DNA of 64,000 nucleotides from Verrucomicrobiota bacterium (GTDB lineage Bacteria; Verrucomicrobiota; Verrucomicrobiia; Verrucomicrobiales; V1-33): NCBI GenBank assembly GCA_039795165.1, contig JBDKER010000008.1, positions 64,053 to 128,052 of the forward strand, read 5' to 3'. Shown piece by piece: positions 36,342 to 46,363 of this stretch (position 1 is its first letter; each line of letters starts with the position of its first letter). The notes under the pieces were generated by a model. It saw only the letters and a program-made list of their open reading frames with translations, ran no database searches and was not told where the DNA came from. The position numbers and the translations under genes were made by a program.

Positions 36342-37430
36342 ATGCAGGCTCACCAACTGAATCCCGAGGAGTCACAAACTGTGACCGTGCGCCAGCTGCA
36401 CAATGCGAGAGAACCTCAGGTGGAGACCAAACCCCTTACCATTCACATTTCATCGTGCCAGGGCATGGACAGTCTGGAGCTGGAGAAGTGGAGAGAACTG
36501 CTCCATACGGCGGACGAGCCTGTCGAACTGGTAGGAGATCCTGCGTCAGCGGCCATTATTCTTGTCATTGGTTTTGATCAGACGAACTGGTTTAAGGTAC
36601 TTCGTGGGAATTCTGTCTGGAAGCGCTTTCCTGAGAAGAGCTTCGGCATCAGCGAGAGTGATTCCCCTCCGCGGTTTCTCCACGGGCTCTATTCCGGCGT
36701 GCCGAAGAAATGGAATCGGATGAAGAGGTTCAGCGGACTGGCCTATCACTGGCATCGGCAACAGTACCTCAATCCGGTGCCTCCGCCAGAGGAGGTGGCG
36801 GCCGCTGCCAAGAAGTACCTGTTTTCCTACATTGGTAGATCGAGTCATCCGGTCCGCCGCAGAATCCTCCAATGCTGCCGTGGCGTAACGTCGGTTTTCA
36901 CGGAGGATTCCACCGATGTGTACAACCATTTTACCTCGACAACAGAGCAGGGGAGCAGACACGAGTATTACTGGAATATCATGATGGCATCGAAGTATGG
37001 CCTCTGCCCTGCCGGGGCCTCGCCATCCAGCATCCGTCTTTTTGAGATGATGGAGGCGGGTATTGCGCCAGTGATTGTTTCCGATCAATGGGTTCCACCC
37101 CTGGGGCCCAATTGGGAGAGCTTCTGCCTGAGGGTCCCGGAGTCCAAGGTCAAATACCTTCCCTCGATTGTCGGAGAGATTGAGTCCGAGTACGAACAAC
37201 GCGGTCGTCTTGCCCGTGAGGCATGGGAGCGTTGGTTTTCCGAGGGACGCTATGGGGATTTTCTCATCCGGTCCATCCGGCACCTCCAGCACTCCCAGAA
37301 GGTGCCGGAGCGGTTCTACGCAAGGCTCGAGGGATACTTCATCGCCGTGTCGAAGCTGCGTCTCCTCCTGTTCCGGTCAATGGTCAGTGCGAAGCAGGCG
37401 GCAAGGAGGATCGGACTTGTGCGAAACTGA
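36342..37430 (+). CDS. exostosin-like (GT47) glycosyltransferase
   Basis: ATG at 36342. The C-terminal block YGLCPAGASPSSIRLFEMMEAGIAPVIVSDQWVPPLGPNWESFCLRVPE matches the exostosin family pattern. Confidence 0.65.
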   Translation: MQAHQLNPEESQTVTVRQLHNAREPQVETKPLTIHISSCQGMDSLELEKWRELLHTADEPVELVGDPASAAIILVIGFDQTNWFKVLRGNSVWKRFPEKSFGISESDSPPRFLHGLYSGVPKKWNRMKRFSGLAYHWHRQQYLNPVPPPEEVAAAAKKYLFSYIGRSSHPVRRRILQCCRGVTSVFTEDSTDVYNHFTSTTEQGSRHEYYWNIMMASKYGLCPAGASPSSIRLFEMMEAGIAPVIVSDQWVPPLGPNWESFCLRVPESKVKYLPSIVGEIESEYEQRGRLAREAWERWFSEGRYGDFLIRSIRHLQHSQKVPERFYARLEGYFIAVSKLRLLLFRSMVSAKQAARRIGLVRN

Positions 37431-37558
37431 TGCCTGGGCGTTCTTTCCACCTGGCCGGGTGTAACCCTGGCGATATGCAGCCGCAGCCCTGACCGCGGAG
37501 CCGAAGTCGGCCTGCGCATGGCCTTGCGGCACCTAATTCCACACGTTCCCATGAAATC

Positions 37559-38410
37559 ATGAAAGACCTGCCTGTTCGAGTCTATTCCCCCGAACCGGCG
37601 ATCCAGCACCCAGCCATCATGGCCCGGGACCTCTGGAACGACCTCAAGGCAGGGCGCGAACTTGCCTGGAGACTGTTCATTCGCGATCTCAGTGCTCAGT
37701 TCCGGGCGACTTGGCTCGGCTACGTGTGGGCCTTTCTGCCTGCCCTCGTTTCATCGCTGACGTTCATCTTTCTGCAGAGTCAGGGCATCGTCAAGATTGA
37801 AGGTACCGGGATCCCCTATGCTGCCTTCGCCATGATGGGGACCCTGCTCTGGCAGACCTTTGTCGATGCCATCAGCTCGCCCCTGGCTTCCGTAAGCTCA
37901 GCCCGATCCATGCTCACGAAGATCAACTTCCCGAGGGAGGCGATTCTCATGTCCGGGCTCTGCATGGTCTTCTTCAATTTTCTCGTGCGCTTGCTGCTCA
38001 TGATCGGCGTGATGGCATGGTGGAAAATCATTCCCGGTCCAGGAATCGCTCTATTTCCAGTGACTGTCCTCAGTCTGCTCCTCTGCGGTTATGCCGTGGG
38101 ACTGATCATTCTCCCGGTAGGCAGTCTCTATGGAGATGTCGCCCGGGGCATCAGCATCGTCACCCAGTTCTGGATGCTGCTGACCCCGGTTGTATACCCC
38201 GCTCGCACGACCGGACTGGCCGGATGGCTGGCCACATGGAACCCGATCGCGCCCATCATCACCACGGCCCGCGAATCCCTCACCAATCAGCCCTTTTCGC
38301 ACCTGCCGGCCTTCTGGATCATTACAGTGGCGGCACTCCTCATCTCGCTTGTCGGTCTCATTGCCTTCCGCCTCGTGATGCCGCGGATCATCGAACGGAT
38401 GGGCAGTTGA
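37559..38410 (+). CDS. ABC-2 type polysaccharide export permease (Wzm-like)
   Basis: 283 aa with about 6 TM helices. The N-terminal AWRLFIRDLSAQFRATWLGYVWAFL is typical of Wzm/TagG. Confidence 0.8.
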   Translation: MKDLPVRVYSPEPAIQHPAIMARDLWNDLKAGRELAWRLFIRDLSAQFRATWLGYVWAFLPALVSSLTFIFLQSQGIVKIEGTGIPYAAFAMMGTLLWQTFVDAISSPLASVSSARSMLTKINFPREAILMSGLCMVFFNFLVRLLLMIGVMAWWKIIPGPGIALFPVTVLSLLLCGYAVGLIILPVGSLYGDVARGISIVTQFWMLLTPVVYPARTTGLAGWLATWNPIAPIITTARESLTNQPFSHLPAFWIITVAALLISLVGLIAFRLVMPRIIERMGS

Positions 38411-38538
38411 TCTTCAGTTGCTGATTGCTGACGGGCCACCTGCGCCTGCCAAGCGGAGCGAAAGGACGATCCTTACCGCTGCTGTCAGCCCCTCGAAAGG
38501 CAACGGGCACAGCCAGTCTTCACTTTTGTTTACCCATC

Positions 38539-39843
38539 ATGCTGAGCGAGCCAAGGCAGCCGTCCTCCAATGAGACTCTCGTCAGTGTCTCGGGAATCTC
38601 GAAGAAATTCTGCCGTTCCCTCAAGAAGTCGCTCTGGTATGGCCTGCAGGACATGGCGGGCGAACTCAATCCGTTCCGGAAGATCGCTGCGGATTCGCGA
38701 GGCGAAGCAAAGGCAGGCACCCTGCGCCCCGGGGAATTCTGGGCGGTCCGCGATGTTTCCTTCGAACTTCGGCGGGGCGAATGCCTCGGGCTGATTGGCC
38801 ACAACGGCGCTGGCAAAACCACGCTCCTGAGGATGCTCAATGGCCTCATCAGCCCGGATGGCGGCAGCATCACCATGCGCGGACGGGTGGGGGCTCTCAT
38901 TGCCCTCGGGGCTGGGTTCAATCCGGTGCTGACCGGCCGGGAGAATGTGTATGTCAATGCCTCCATCCTCGGACTCTCGGCACGGGAAACGGACGAACGC
39001 ATTGAGGAAATCATCGACTTTGCGGGAATCGGCGAATTCATTGATGCGCCTGTGCAGAGTTATTCGTCAGGCATGCAGGTGCGGCTCGGCTTTGCGGTGG
39101 CCACTGCACTCGAGCCCGACGTGCTGATTCTGGATGAGATTCTCGCAGTAGGCGATGCCTCGTTCCGCCACCGCTGCTACCAGCGGATCAACCGGATCAT
39201 GAAGAACTGTGCCGTCATCCTCGTGTCGCACAGCATGGAGCAGATTGCGGCAGTGGCGCGGTCTGTCGGTTTCATGGATCATGGAAGATTCACTCTTTTC
39301 AACGATCCACTGGAAGGCATTCTCGCCTATAACGACGCCAATGACTCCCATGGGTCCTCCGCAGATGGCGGTCGCGTTTTTGCCGTCTATCCTCCCTTCA
39401 CCGATGTAAAGGTGCATGTTCCTGCGGAACCTGTCAGCTATCAGGGCCCTATGGACGTCGAGGTGGAGATTCATTCGGAGGCACCCATCGAGCATCTCGT
39501 GTTCTCTTTTTCAGCCGTAAACCGTGTCGAGCAGACAGTCATGAACTGGAACCTGCGCAATCAGGATCACAAGGTTCGGCTTCCAGCTGGGCATTCCCGC
39601 TTCCGCTTCCACATCGCCAGCCTGCAACTGCACCCGGGCGATTATCAGTGGAATCTGTGGGTCGGTCCATACGGGGCCATCGAACCGTGCCTTTATGCGA
39701 TGCGCGCAGGGCAATTCCGTGTGACCAGCCGTTTCGAACCTATCGGGGATATCCCCTATCTGCCTGCTCCCGATTCCTTTGACCTCACTTCGGTTCCAGG
39801 GAACGCGGTCCCGGAGCCGTGGCAGCCGACCTCTCACCAGTAA
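38539..39843 (+). CDS. polysaccharide export ABC ATPase with C-terminal carbohydrate-binding extension (Wzt-like)
   Basis: ATG at 38539. Walker A GHNGAGKTTLL, signature YSSGMQVRLGFA, Walker B ILILDE. A beta-rich C-terminal domain of ~190 aa follows. Confidence 0.85.
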   Translation: MLSEPRQPSSNETLVSVSGISKKFCRSLKKSLWYGLQDMAGELNPFRKIAADSRGEAKAGTLRPGEFWAVRDVSFELRRGECLGLIGHNGAGKTTLLRMLNGLISPDGGSITMRGRVGALIALGAGFNPVLTGRENVYVNASILGLSARETDERIEEIIDFAGIGEFIDAPVQSYSSGMQVRLGFAVATALEPDVLILDEILAVGDASFRHRCYQRINRIMKNCAVILVSHSMEQIAAVARSVGFMDHGRFTLFNDPLEGILAYNDANDSHGSSADGGRVFAVYPPFTDVKVHVPAEPVSYQGPMDVEVEIHSEAPIEHLVFSFSAVNRVEQTVMNWNLRNQDHKVRLPAGHSRFRFHIASLQLHPGDYQWNLWVGPYGAIEPCLYAMRAGQFRVTSRFEPIGDIPYLPAPDSFDLTSVPGNAVPEPWQPTSHQ

Positions 39844-39848
39844 ACGAA

Positions 39849-40862
39849 ATGCTATCAGGTAAATCCATTCTCATTACCGGAGGCACCGGTTCTCTCGGAA
39901 AAGAACTCACCAGGACGATCCTTGCCCGCTGGCCGGACGTGAAGCGCCTCGTCATCTTTTCCCGAGACGAGCAGAAGCAGTTTCTCATGGCAGAGGAATT
40001 CCCGGAGTCGCAGTACCCCGCCCTCCGCTACTTCATCGGCGATGTCCGGGATATCGACCGACTCAAGCGTGCCTTCACCGGGGTGGACTACGTCATTCAC
40101 GCCGCGGCCATGAAGCACGTGCATATCGCGGAGTACAATCCCGACGAGTGCGTGAAGACCAACGTCGGCGGAGCCGAAAATGTCATCCGGGCGGCGCTCG
40201 GATCTGGAGTCACCAAAGTGGTGGCTCTTTCCACGGACAAAGCCTGCGCTCCCACCAACCTTTATGGAGCGACCAAGCTGACCTCCGACAAGCTCTTCAT
40301 TGCTGCAAATAATATCCGGGGAACTCAGGACATCCGCTTCTCAGTGGTGCGCTACGGAAACGTCATGGGTTCAAATGGATCGGTGATCCCGTTCTTCCTA
40401 CGCAAGCGAAGCGAAGGGGTTCTGCCCATCACGGATCCGGCCATGACGAGATTCAATATTTCTCTGGAGGACGGTGTCGGCATGGTCCTGCATGCCCTCG
40501 AGCATGCATGGGGCGGCGAACTGTTCGTGCCCAAGATCCCTTCTTACCGGATCACGGAACTGGCTGAGGCCATCGGTCCCTCTTGCGAGCACCAAGTCGT
40601 GGGTCTCCGCCCCGGTGAGAAGATCCACGAAGAGATGATCACCAGTTCGGATTCCTTTTCCACCTACGACCTCGGGAAATACTATGTGATTCTTCCACAG
40701 GTTCCCGTCTGGAACCGGGAACAGTTCATCAGCACCTTCGGTGCCAGACCCGTCACCCCCGGATTCAGCTATTCCTCGGGAGCCAATGAAGAATGGCTCT
40801 CGGTGGAACAGATCCGCAGCCTCATCCGGACGCACCTTGACCCGGATTTCATGCCAGCGTGA
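39849..40862 (+). CDS. pseB: UDP-N-acetylglucosamine 4,6-dehydratase (inverting), PseB/FlaA1-like
   Basis: ATG at 39849. Contains MLSGKSILITGGTGSLGKEL, YFIGDVRD, IHAAAMKHV, and STDKACAPTNLYGATK. Confidence 0.85.
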   Translation: MLSGKSILITGGTGSLGKELTRTILARWPDVKRLVIFSRDEQKQFLMAEEFPESQYPALRYFIGDVRDIDRLKRAFTGVDYVIHAAAMKHVHIAEYNPDECVKTNVGGAENVIRAALGSGVTKVVALSTDKACAPTNLYGATKLTSDKLFIAANNIRGTQDIRFSVVRYGNVMGSNGSVIPFFLRKRSEGVLPITDPAMTRFNISLEDGVGMVLHALEHAWGGELFVPKIPSYRITELAEAIGPSCEHQVVGLRPGEKIHEEMITSSDSFSTYDLGKYYVILPQVPVWNREQFISTFGARPVTPGFSYSSGANEEWLSVEQIRSLIRTHLDPDFMPA

Positions 40863-41025
40863 CTCCGGCGGGCCGTCCCGGCGGTTACGGGGGCGAGTCT
40901 TTTCCGGTAGTAGCCGGAAAGCACCATCTCAGTCCCGCCGCAAGCCTCAGCAAGGTGGCTCCATGCGGGATTCTGTCTGATCCCTTTCGAATCCGCCAGC
41001 CGCAACCGTACCTGCCTCTTCCTTA

Positions 41026-42336
41026 ATGACTATGCAAAGCCGACCGAAGGACAGCCAGCCGCAGCCGCAGGGAATCATTCCGTATGGGCGGCAGACTATT
41101 GATGACGATGACATACATGCGGTGGCGGCAGCACTTCGCTCCGACTACCTCACCTCCGGTCCGGAGGTGGAGCGATTCGAGACTGAGTTCGCGGCCATGG
41201 CAGGCGCAAAGCACGCCGTCGCCGTGAACAGCGCGACGGCTGCGCTCCACCTTGCCATGAAGGTCCTCGGGATTGGATCCGGGGACAGGGTCATCACGAC
41301 ACCGAATACCTTTGTGGCATCGGCGAACGCGGCAGCCTATGTGGGTGCCACCCCGGATTTTTCCGATATCTGTCCAGGATCATGGAATCTTGATCCTCAG
41401 CAACTTGAGGAGAACTGGAAACCGGATGCCAAAGCGGTTGTGGCAGTGGACTACGCAGGTTGTCCATGCAACATGCCGGAGATTGCGCGCATTGCCCGGC
41501 AGCACGGAGCGAAGGTGATTGAGGACGCCTGCCATGGAGTGGGCTCCGTCTTCCATGCAGAGGGACGCCCATGGAGAACCGGAGAACACGGCTGGGCCGA
41601 TATTACCACATTTTCCTTCCACCCTGTCAAGACGATGACAACAGGAGAAGGGGGGATGCTGGTGACAGATAATGGTGAATGGGCCGACCTGGCCAGAAGG
41701 CTTCGCTCTCATGGGATCACGAGAGCCCCGGAATCGTTCCGGGGACTGACCCGGCCGGATGATTGGCAAGGCTCGCCGCAGGCAGGCTTTCCCGTGGATG
41801 CGCTCAGGGAGACTGGGCCGTGGTATTACGAAATGCAGGATCTGGGCTGGAACTACCGCATTACGGACATTCAGTGCGCCCTCGGCCGCAGCCAATTGAG
41901 GAAGTTGCCGCAGTTCATCGCGAGGCGACAGGAGATCGCCCGGAGGTACAGCGAGGCGCTGGCGGACCTTCCATGGCTGGAAACGCCCGCCTTGGCGGAA
42001 CCCCTGGTGACAGAAGCCTCTGCTCATCAGTTCCACTACGGTGCTGGAGATGTCTCGCTGCACCTCTATACGGTGCAGATGGATTTCGTGTCGCTGGGTC
42101 ATTCAAGAACGCGCGTCATGGAGTTGCTCCGTTCCAAGGGGGTTGGAACACAGGTACTCTACATTCCAGTATACCTGCAGCCATGGTACCGGCGCACATT
42201 CGGCTATGTGCCCGGCAAGTGTCCCGTCGCGGAGAAGTTCTACGCACGCGCACTCAGCCTCCCGCTGTTTCCCGCGATGGCGGACGAGGATGTCGACCGC
42301 GTGATTTCCGCAGTCAGGTCCCTCACCACGTCCTGA
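41026..42336 (+). CDS. pseC: DegT/DnrJ/EryC1-family aminotransferase, PseC-like
   Basis: Contains IPYGRQTIDDDD, LTSGPEVERFE, and the PLP-Lys context FSFHPVKTMTTGEGG. Confidence 0.85.
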   Translation: MTMQSRPKDSQPQPQGIIPYGRQTIDDDDIHAVAAALRSDYLTSGPEVERFETEFAAMAGAKHAVAVNSATAALHLAMKVLGIGSGDRVITTPNTFVASANAAAYVGATPDFSDICPGSWNLDPQQLEENWKPDAKAVVAVDYAGCPCNMPEIARIARQHGAKVIEDACHGVGSVFHAEGRPWRTGEHGWADITTFSFHPVKTMTTGEGGMLVTDNGEWADLARRLRSHGITRAPESFRGLTRPDDWQGSPQAGFPVDALRETGPWYYEMQDLGWNYRITDIQCALGRSQLRKLPQFIARRQEIARRYSEALADLPWLETPALAEPLVTEASAHQFHYGAGDVSLHLYTVQMDFVSLGHSRTRVMELLRSKGVGTQVLYIPVYLQPWYRRTFGYVPGKCPVAEKFYARALSLPLFPAMADEDVDRVISAVRSLTTS

Positions 42337-42412
42337 GGCGGTGCAACGCGGAGCAAGCAGCTGGTCACGGCTAACTCGTCCACGGGATGGAGCGGCCTTT
42401 CATCAATGACCT

Positions 42413-43957
42413 ATGGAAACCAGCCTCCCCATTCTTGTGGTGAGGGCCGATGCTTCATCAGCCATCGGGTCTGGTCATGTCATCCGCATGACGGCGCTGG
42501 CGCAGGCATGGCAGCAGCAGGGCGGCCGGGTTCTGTTTGCCTGTGCAGAAATTCCCGACGGCATGACTGGCATGATGGAAGAGGAAGGCTTCCCGCTGCA
42601 TCGTCTGCCAGTGGCCATCGGAAGTCCCGATGATCTGGATGCTTTGAACGCTTTATGCCATCAGGCCGCCACATCAGCCGGCGCGGTAGTCGCTCTTGAT
42701 GGATACCGCTTTGGAAAAGACTATCAATCGGGAGTCAAAGCCCATGGATGGCCGTTGCTGATGATGGATGATTATGGGCATGCGGATGCGGCGTCGGCAG
42801 ACTGGATCGTAAATCAGAATCCCGGGGCGGATGCTTCCCTGTACGGACCCAGTGCCAGCACCAATGACAGACTGCTCGCGGGAGCAAGGTATGCCTTGCT
42901 GCGGAAGGATTTCGCGCGCTATGCGGAATGGCACAGGGACGTGAATGCGGAAGGCCGCAATGTCCTTGTGACCTTCGGCGGAAGCGACCCTGCCAACCTG
43001 ACGCCGGAGGCGATCGGTGCCCTCGCGGGACGTGATCTGAACATCCGGGTCGTCGTTGGGCCCGGTTACCGGAATGAGGAGTCTGTCCATGCTGCCATGG
43101 AGCGGCATCGTCACGCATTCCGAACAGCCGAGACAGTCGTGAATCCCCGCAGCATGGCAGATCTCATGGCCTGGGCTGACGTCGCGGTGGCTGCGGCGGG
43201 CTCCACCGCCTGGGAGATATGCTTCATGGGCCTTCCAGCCATCTTTGTTCAGGTGGCCGCTAATCAGGAGACTGTGATGCGGTCCATTGCCGTGCAGCGG
43301 CTCGGAGTAGCGCTCGCCGGAAGTCTTGCCGCGGCCATCGAGGCGCTCGGCAGCGCTGTCAGCGAAGTGGTTGCCGATCCCGTGGGACGTGCCGGACTGG
43401 CGCGGACAGCGGTCGAAACGGTAGATGGGTTCGGAGCTGACCGCATTTGCGCTCAACTCTGCGGGCGTCCGGAGTTAGCGTTGCGCCGAGCAGTGAGCGC
43501 GGACGCGGAGATCCTCTGGGAATGGGCAAATGACCCGACGACACGCGCACAGTCCTTTCAGACCGCACCGATTCCACTGGATAGCCATGTCCGCTGGTTT
43601 GAGGCGCGCCTAAGGGATCCAGCCTGCCATTTCTGGGTGGCCGAATCAGGCGGGCGCATTCCAGTGGGCTGCGTCCGGTTTGATGCAGATCAGGATGCCG
43701 CCGTCGTCTCGCTCAACCTCGCACCGGGTTACCGGGGCAGGGGAATTGGCCGTCATCTTCTGCAGCTTGCCTGCCGGCAGTATTTCCGCACCAGTTCCGC
43801 TCCAGTCATCCGCGCGCTTATAAAGTCCGGGAACGCCGCTTCCATAAGGACATTTCTCTCGTGCGGGTTTCACATCACATCCGAAACCAGTACTCCGGAC
43901 GCGCCCGTCCTCGAAATGATCAGGCAGCGCCAGTCTATAACGCCAACGGGAACATGA
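42413..43957 (+). CDS. PseG-like UDP-sugar hydrolase fused to a PseH-like GNAT acetyltransferase
   Basis: The N-terminal ILVVRADASSAIGSGHVIRMTALA is a PseG signature with a GT-B-like fold. The C-terminal ~160 aa are GNAT-like (VSLNLAPGYRGRGIGRHLL). Confidence 0.75.
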   Translation: METSLPILVVRADASSAIGSGHVIRMTALAQAWQQQGGRVLFACAEIPDGMTGMMEEEGFPLHRLPVAIGSPDDLDALNALCHQAATSAGAVVALDGYRFGKDYQSGVKAHGWPLLMMDDYGHADAASADWIVNQNPGADASLYGPSASTNDRLLAGARYALLRKDFARYAEWHRDVNAEGRNVLVTFGGSDPANLTPEAIGALAGRDLNIRVVVGPGYRNEESVHAAMERHRHAFRTAETVVNPRSMADLMAWADVAVAAAGSTAWEICFMGLPAIFVQVAANQETVMRSIAVQRLGVALAGSLAAAIEALGSAVSEVVADPVGRAGLARTAVETVDGFGADRICAQLCGRPELALRRAVSADAEILWEWANDPTTRAQSFQTAPIPLDSHVRWFEARLRDPACHFWVAESGGRIPVGCVRFDADQDAAVVSLNLAPGYRGRGIGRHLLQLACRQYFRTSSAPVIRALIKSGNAASIRTFLSCGFHITSETSTPDAPVLEMIRQRQSITPTGT

Positions 43958-45021
43958 ATATCGCAGGCCGACAAATCGGAGCCGGTTATCCGGCCTACGT
44001 CATCGCCGAAATGTCGGCGAATCACGGGCAATCGCTTGAGCGGGCCATCGAACTGGTGCGGGCAGCGGCCGATGCCGGTGCCGACGCCGTGAAGCTCCAG
44101 ACCTACACGCCAGACACCCTCACGATTGACTGCCGGAAACCGGAGTTCCTGATTGGAAAGGGAACAATCTGGGAGGGAAAGAATCTCTACGAACTCTATG
44201 CGGAGGCCTATACTCCATGGGAATGGCAACCGACGCTCAAGGCAGAAGCCGAAAGACTGGGCATGCACTGCTTTTCGACCCCATTTGATGAATCTGCGGT
44301 GCGATTCCTCGAATCACTGGAGGTGCCAGCCCACAAAATTGCCTCTTTTGAATTGGTTGACACGGAGTTGCTGAGAAATGTGGCCGCCACCGGAAAGCCC
44401 GTGATCCTATCGACTGGAATGGCATCGCTGGCCGAGATAGACGAGGCGGTCAGGTGCCTCCGCATGGCGGGATGCCGCGAGTTGGCACTTCTCAAATGTA
44501 CCAGTGCCTATCCTGCTCCGCCCGAGGAGATGGATCTGAGGACGATTCCGCATCTTGCCGAGGCATTCGCCGTTCCTGCTGGTCTCTCTGACCATACCCT
44601 TGGATCAGCGGTTCCTGTCGCTGCGGTGGTGCTGGGAGCATGCATTGTCGAAAAGCATCTGACGCTTCGGCGCGGTGATGGCGGGCCCGATGCCGCCTTT
44701 TCCATGGAACCGGAAGAGTTCCGGGCCATGATTGAAGCGATTCGCACTGCGGAGCGCGCACTGGGGCGCGTCAGCTACGACGTCACGGCTAGGGAACTGG
44801 CCAGCAGGATGTTCCGCAGATCACTCTTCGTGGTGATGGATATCAAGGCCGGAGATCCGTTCACCAGGGATAATGTCAGGTCCATCCGCCCGGGCATGGG
44901 AATGGCTGTGAGTAACCTTGATAGGATTCTGGGTATGCGGGCAGCTGTGGACCTTGAACGCGGAACACCCCTTGAGGAATCGCACGTCGCCGCAACTGCC
45001 CCGGACAAAGGCAATCGCTGA
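43954..45021 (+). CDS. pseI: pseudaminic acid synthase (NeuB family)
   Basis: ATG at 43954 (ATGA overlap). Contains YVIAEMSANHGQSLE, DAVKLQTY, LSDHTLG, and a C-terminal SAF domain. Confidence 0.9.
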   Translation: MNIAGRQIGAGYPAYVIAEMSANHGQSLERAIELVRAAADAGADAVKLQTYTPDTLTIDCRKPEFLIGKGTIWEGKNLYELYAEAYTPWEWQPTLKAEAERLGMHCFSTPFDESAVRFLESLEVPAHKIASFELVDTELLRNVAATGKPVILSTGMASLAEIDEAVRCLRMAGCRELALLKCTSAYPAPPEEMDLRTIPHLAEAFAVPAGLSDHTLGSAVPVAAVVLGACIVEKHLTLRRGDGGPDAAFSMEPEEFRAMIEAIRTAERALGRVSYDVTARELASRMFRRSLFVVMDIKAGDPFTRDNVRSIRPGMGMAVSNLDRILGMRAAVDLERGTPLEESHVAATAPDKGNR

Positions 45022-45041
45022 CTCCACCAGGAAGACCCCCC

Positions 45042-45191
45042 ATGAATTGCGACGCCATTGCGATCATTCCCGCCCGCGGAGGAAGCAGGCCGGATTCTCC
45101 AGACGGCTTTCTGCTGCAATTGTCACAGGGAAGCGGCACAGCAAAAAGGCCACCGTCGGCCGTAAGAGGCGCACCGAACCGTCACCGCTGA
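45042..45191 (+). pseudogene. 5' remnant of an acylneuraminate (NeuA-type) cytidylyltransferase gene
   Basis: An ATG 20 nt after the pseI stop encodes MNCDAIAIIPARGGSR, the diagnostic CTP_transf_3 N-terminal motif AIIPARGGSK. After this the sequence loses similarity and stops after 49 codons. Confidence 0.45.
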
Positions 45192-45274
45192 GTCCAGATG
45201 CGACAGCCGCCTGATCTTGATGGCATGCTTACGAATCCATTAACAGCACCGCCCCTTCAGCAAGGACAAACCCG

Positions 45275-46363
45275 ATGCCCCATCGCGACATGAACACTAC
45301 CCCATTGGATCCCTCTCCGGAAATGGCTGCCATCGCTCCTTCTACCCGGTCCGGCCTGGCACCATCCGATCTGAACCTTCCGCAGGTGCACCTCGTGGCG
45401 AGGAACCCCGGAAAGGGTGAGCGCACGGGCTGGTCTTTCCATTATGGAGCAGTTGAAACGGCTTCCTCATACGCCGGGATCCGCATCCCTTCCGAGGCAT
45501 TCGATGCCATCTGGGCGCATGGCTGCTGTCCTCCCTGGCTGGGATATTCCGCCGGTACTTTGTGCTATGCTTCGCCGGTCTGGAAAGAAATCCCCATCCT
45601 GGCATGGCGGCAGGACCTGGCGGATCGCATGACTGCGGAAGGAGCGCGGCATGTCACCCTCACTGGTGCCCCCATTCTCTACTCAAACCATCAGGCACGC
45701 AGCCGGATACCACGCAGCCTCCTTGTCATGCCGATGCACACACTGCAAGGCCAGGATAACCATGACCGCGCCGCCCTTCAGCGGTACGCTGATGAGATTG
45801 CCGGGTTCGCCCATCATTTCTCCAGGGTTGTGGTCTGCGTGCATGCTGGATGCCGCACAAACGGGCTCTGGCACCGGGAGTTTGGCGTCCATTCGATACC
45901 GGTCATCGATGGAGCCGATGCCAATGACGTGAACGCCCTCGCCCGCATGAAGAGCTTCTTCAGCGGATTCGAGAGCATGACCACCAACGGCTGGGGAAGC
46001 CATGTGGCTTACGCTCTGGCGTTTGGCTGTCGTGTCTCGATCTTCGGGAAAGCCCTTTCCATGCCCCGGCAGCAGTACCTCAAGGACAGAACGTGGCAGC
46101 TCGCGCCCGGGGATCTCGATATCCTGCTGGCTGCCGAGAGGGAGGGACTGGACCGGAAGCACCTTGCGGATTTCTGCCGGGACCCGAACGATGGAAAAGC
46201 CAATGTCGAAATGGGAAGGTTCCTGATTGGAGCGGATCACCAGCTTTCGCCTGCCGAGATGAAGAGACTCCTCGTGCGGGTCACTGGAGGGCCGTTGCGG
46301 CATGCCGCGCGCCATGCCCGGGATCTCATGCGCCGGGCCGCGGCAGGCTTACGCGGGTCATGA
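45275..46363 (+). CDS. hypothetical protein (candidate surface-carbohydrate biosynthesis / nonulosonate transferase)
   Basis: 362-aa ORF with coding-like composition inside the glycan locus. I recognise no motif with confidence. Confidence 0.5.
   Translation: MPHRDMNTTPLDPSPEMAAIAPSTRSGLAPSDLNLPQVHLVARNPGKGERTGWSFHYGAVETASSYAGIRIPSEAFDAIWAHGCCPPWLGYSAGTLCYASPVWKEIPILAWRQDLADRMTAEGARHVTLTGAPILYSNHQARSRIPRSLLVMPMHTLQGQDNHDRAALQRYADEIAGFAHHFSRVVVCVHAGCRTNGLWHREFGVHSIPVIDGADANDVNALARMKSFFSGFESMTTNGWGSHVAYALAFGCRVSIFGKALSMPRQQYLKDRTWQLAPGDLDILLAAEREGLDRKHLADFCRDPNDGKANVEMGRFLIGADHQLSPAEMKRLLVRVTGGPLRHAARHARDLMRRAAAGLRGS

Noticed and set aside
44918-45214. 98-aa plus-strand ORF overlapping the pseI end and the following spacer.
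   Set aside because: Its first part is an alternative frame of pseI. The remainder is Arg/Lys/Ser-rich with no motif. The neuA-like stub in a different frame explains the region better.
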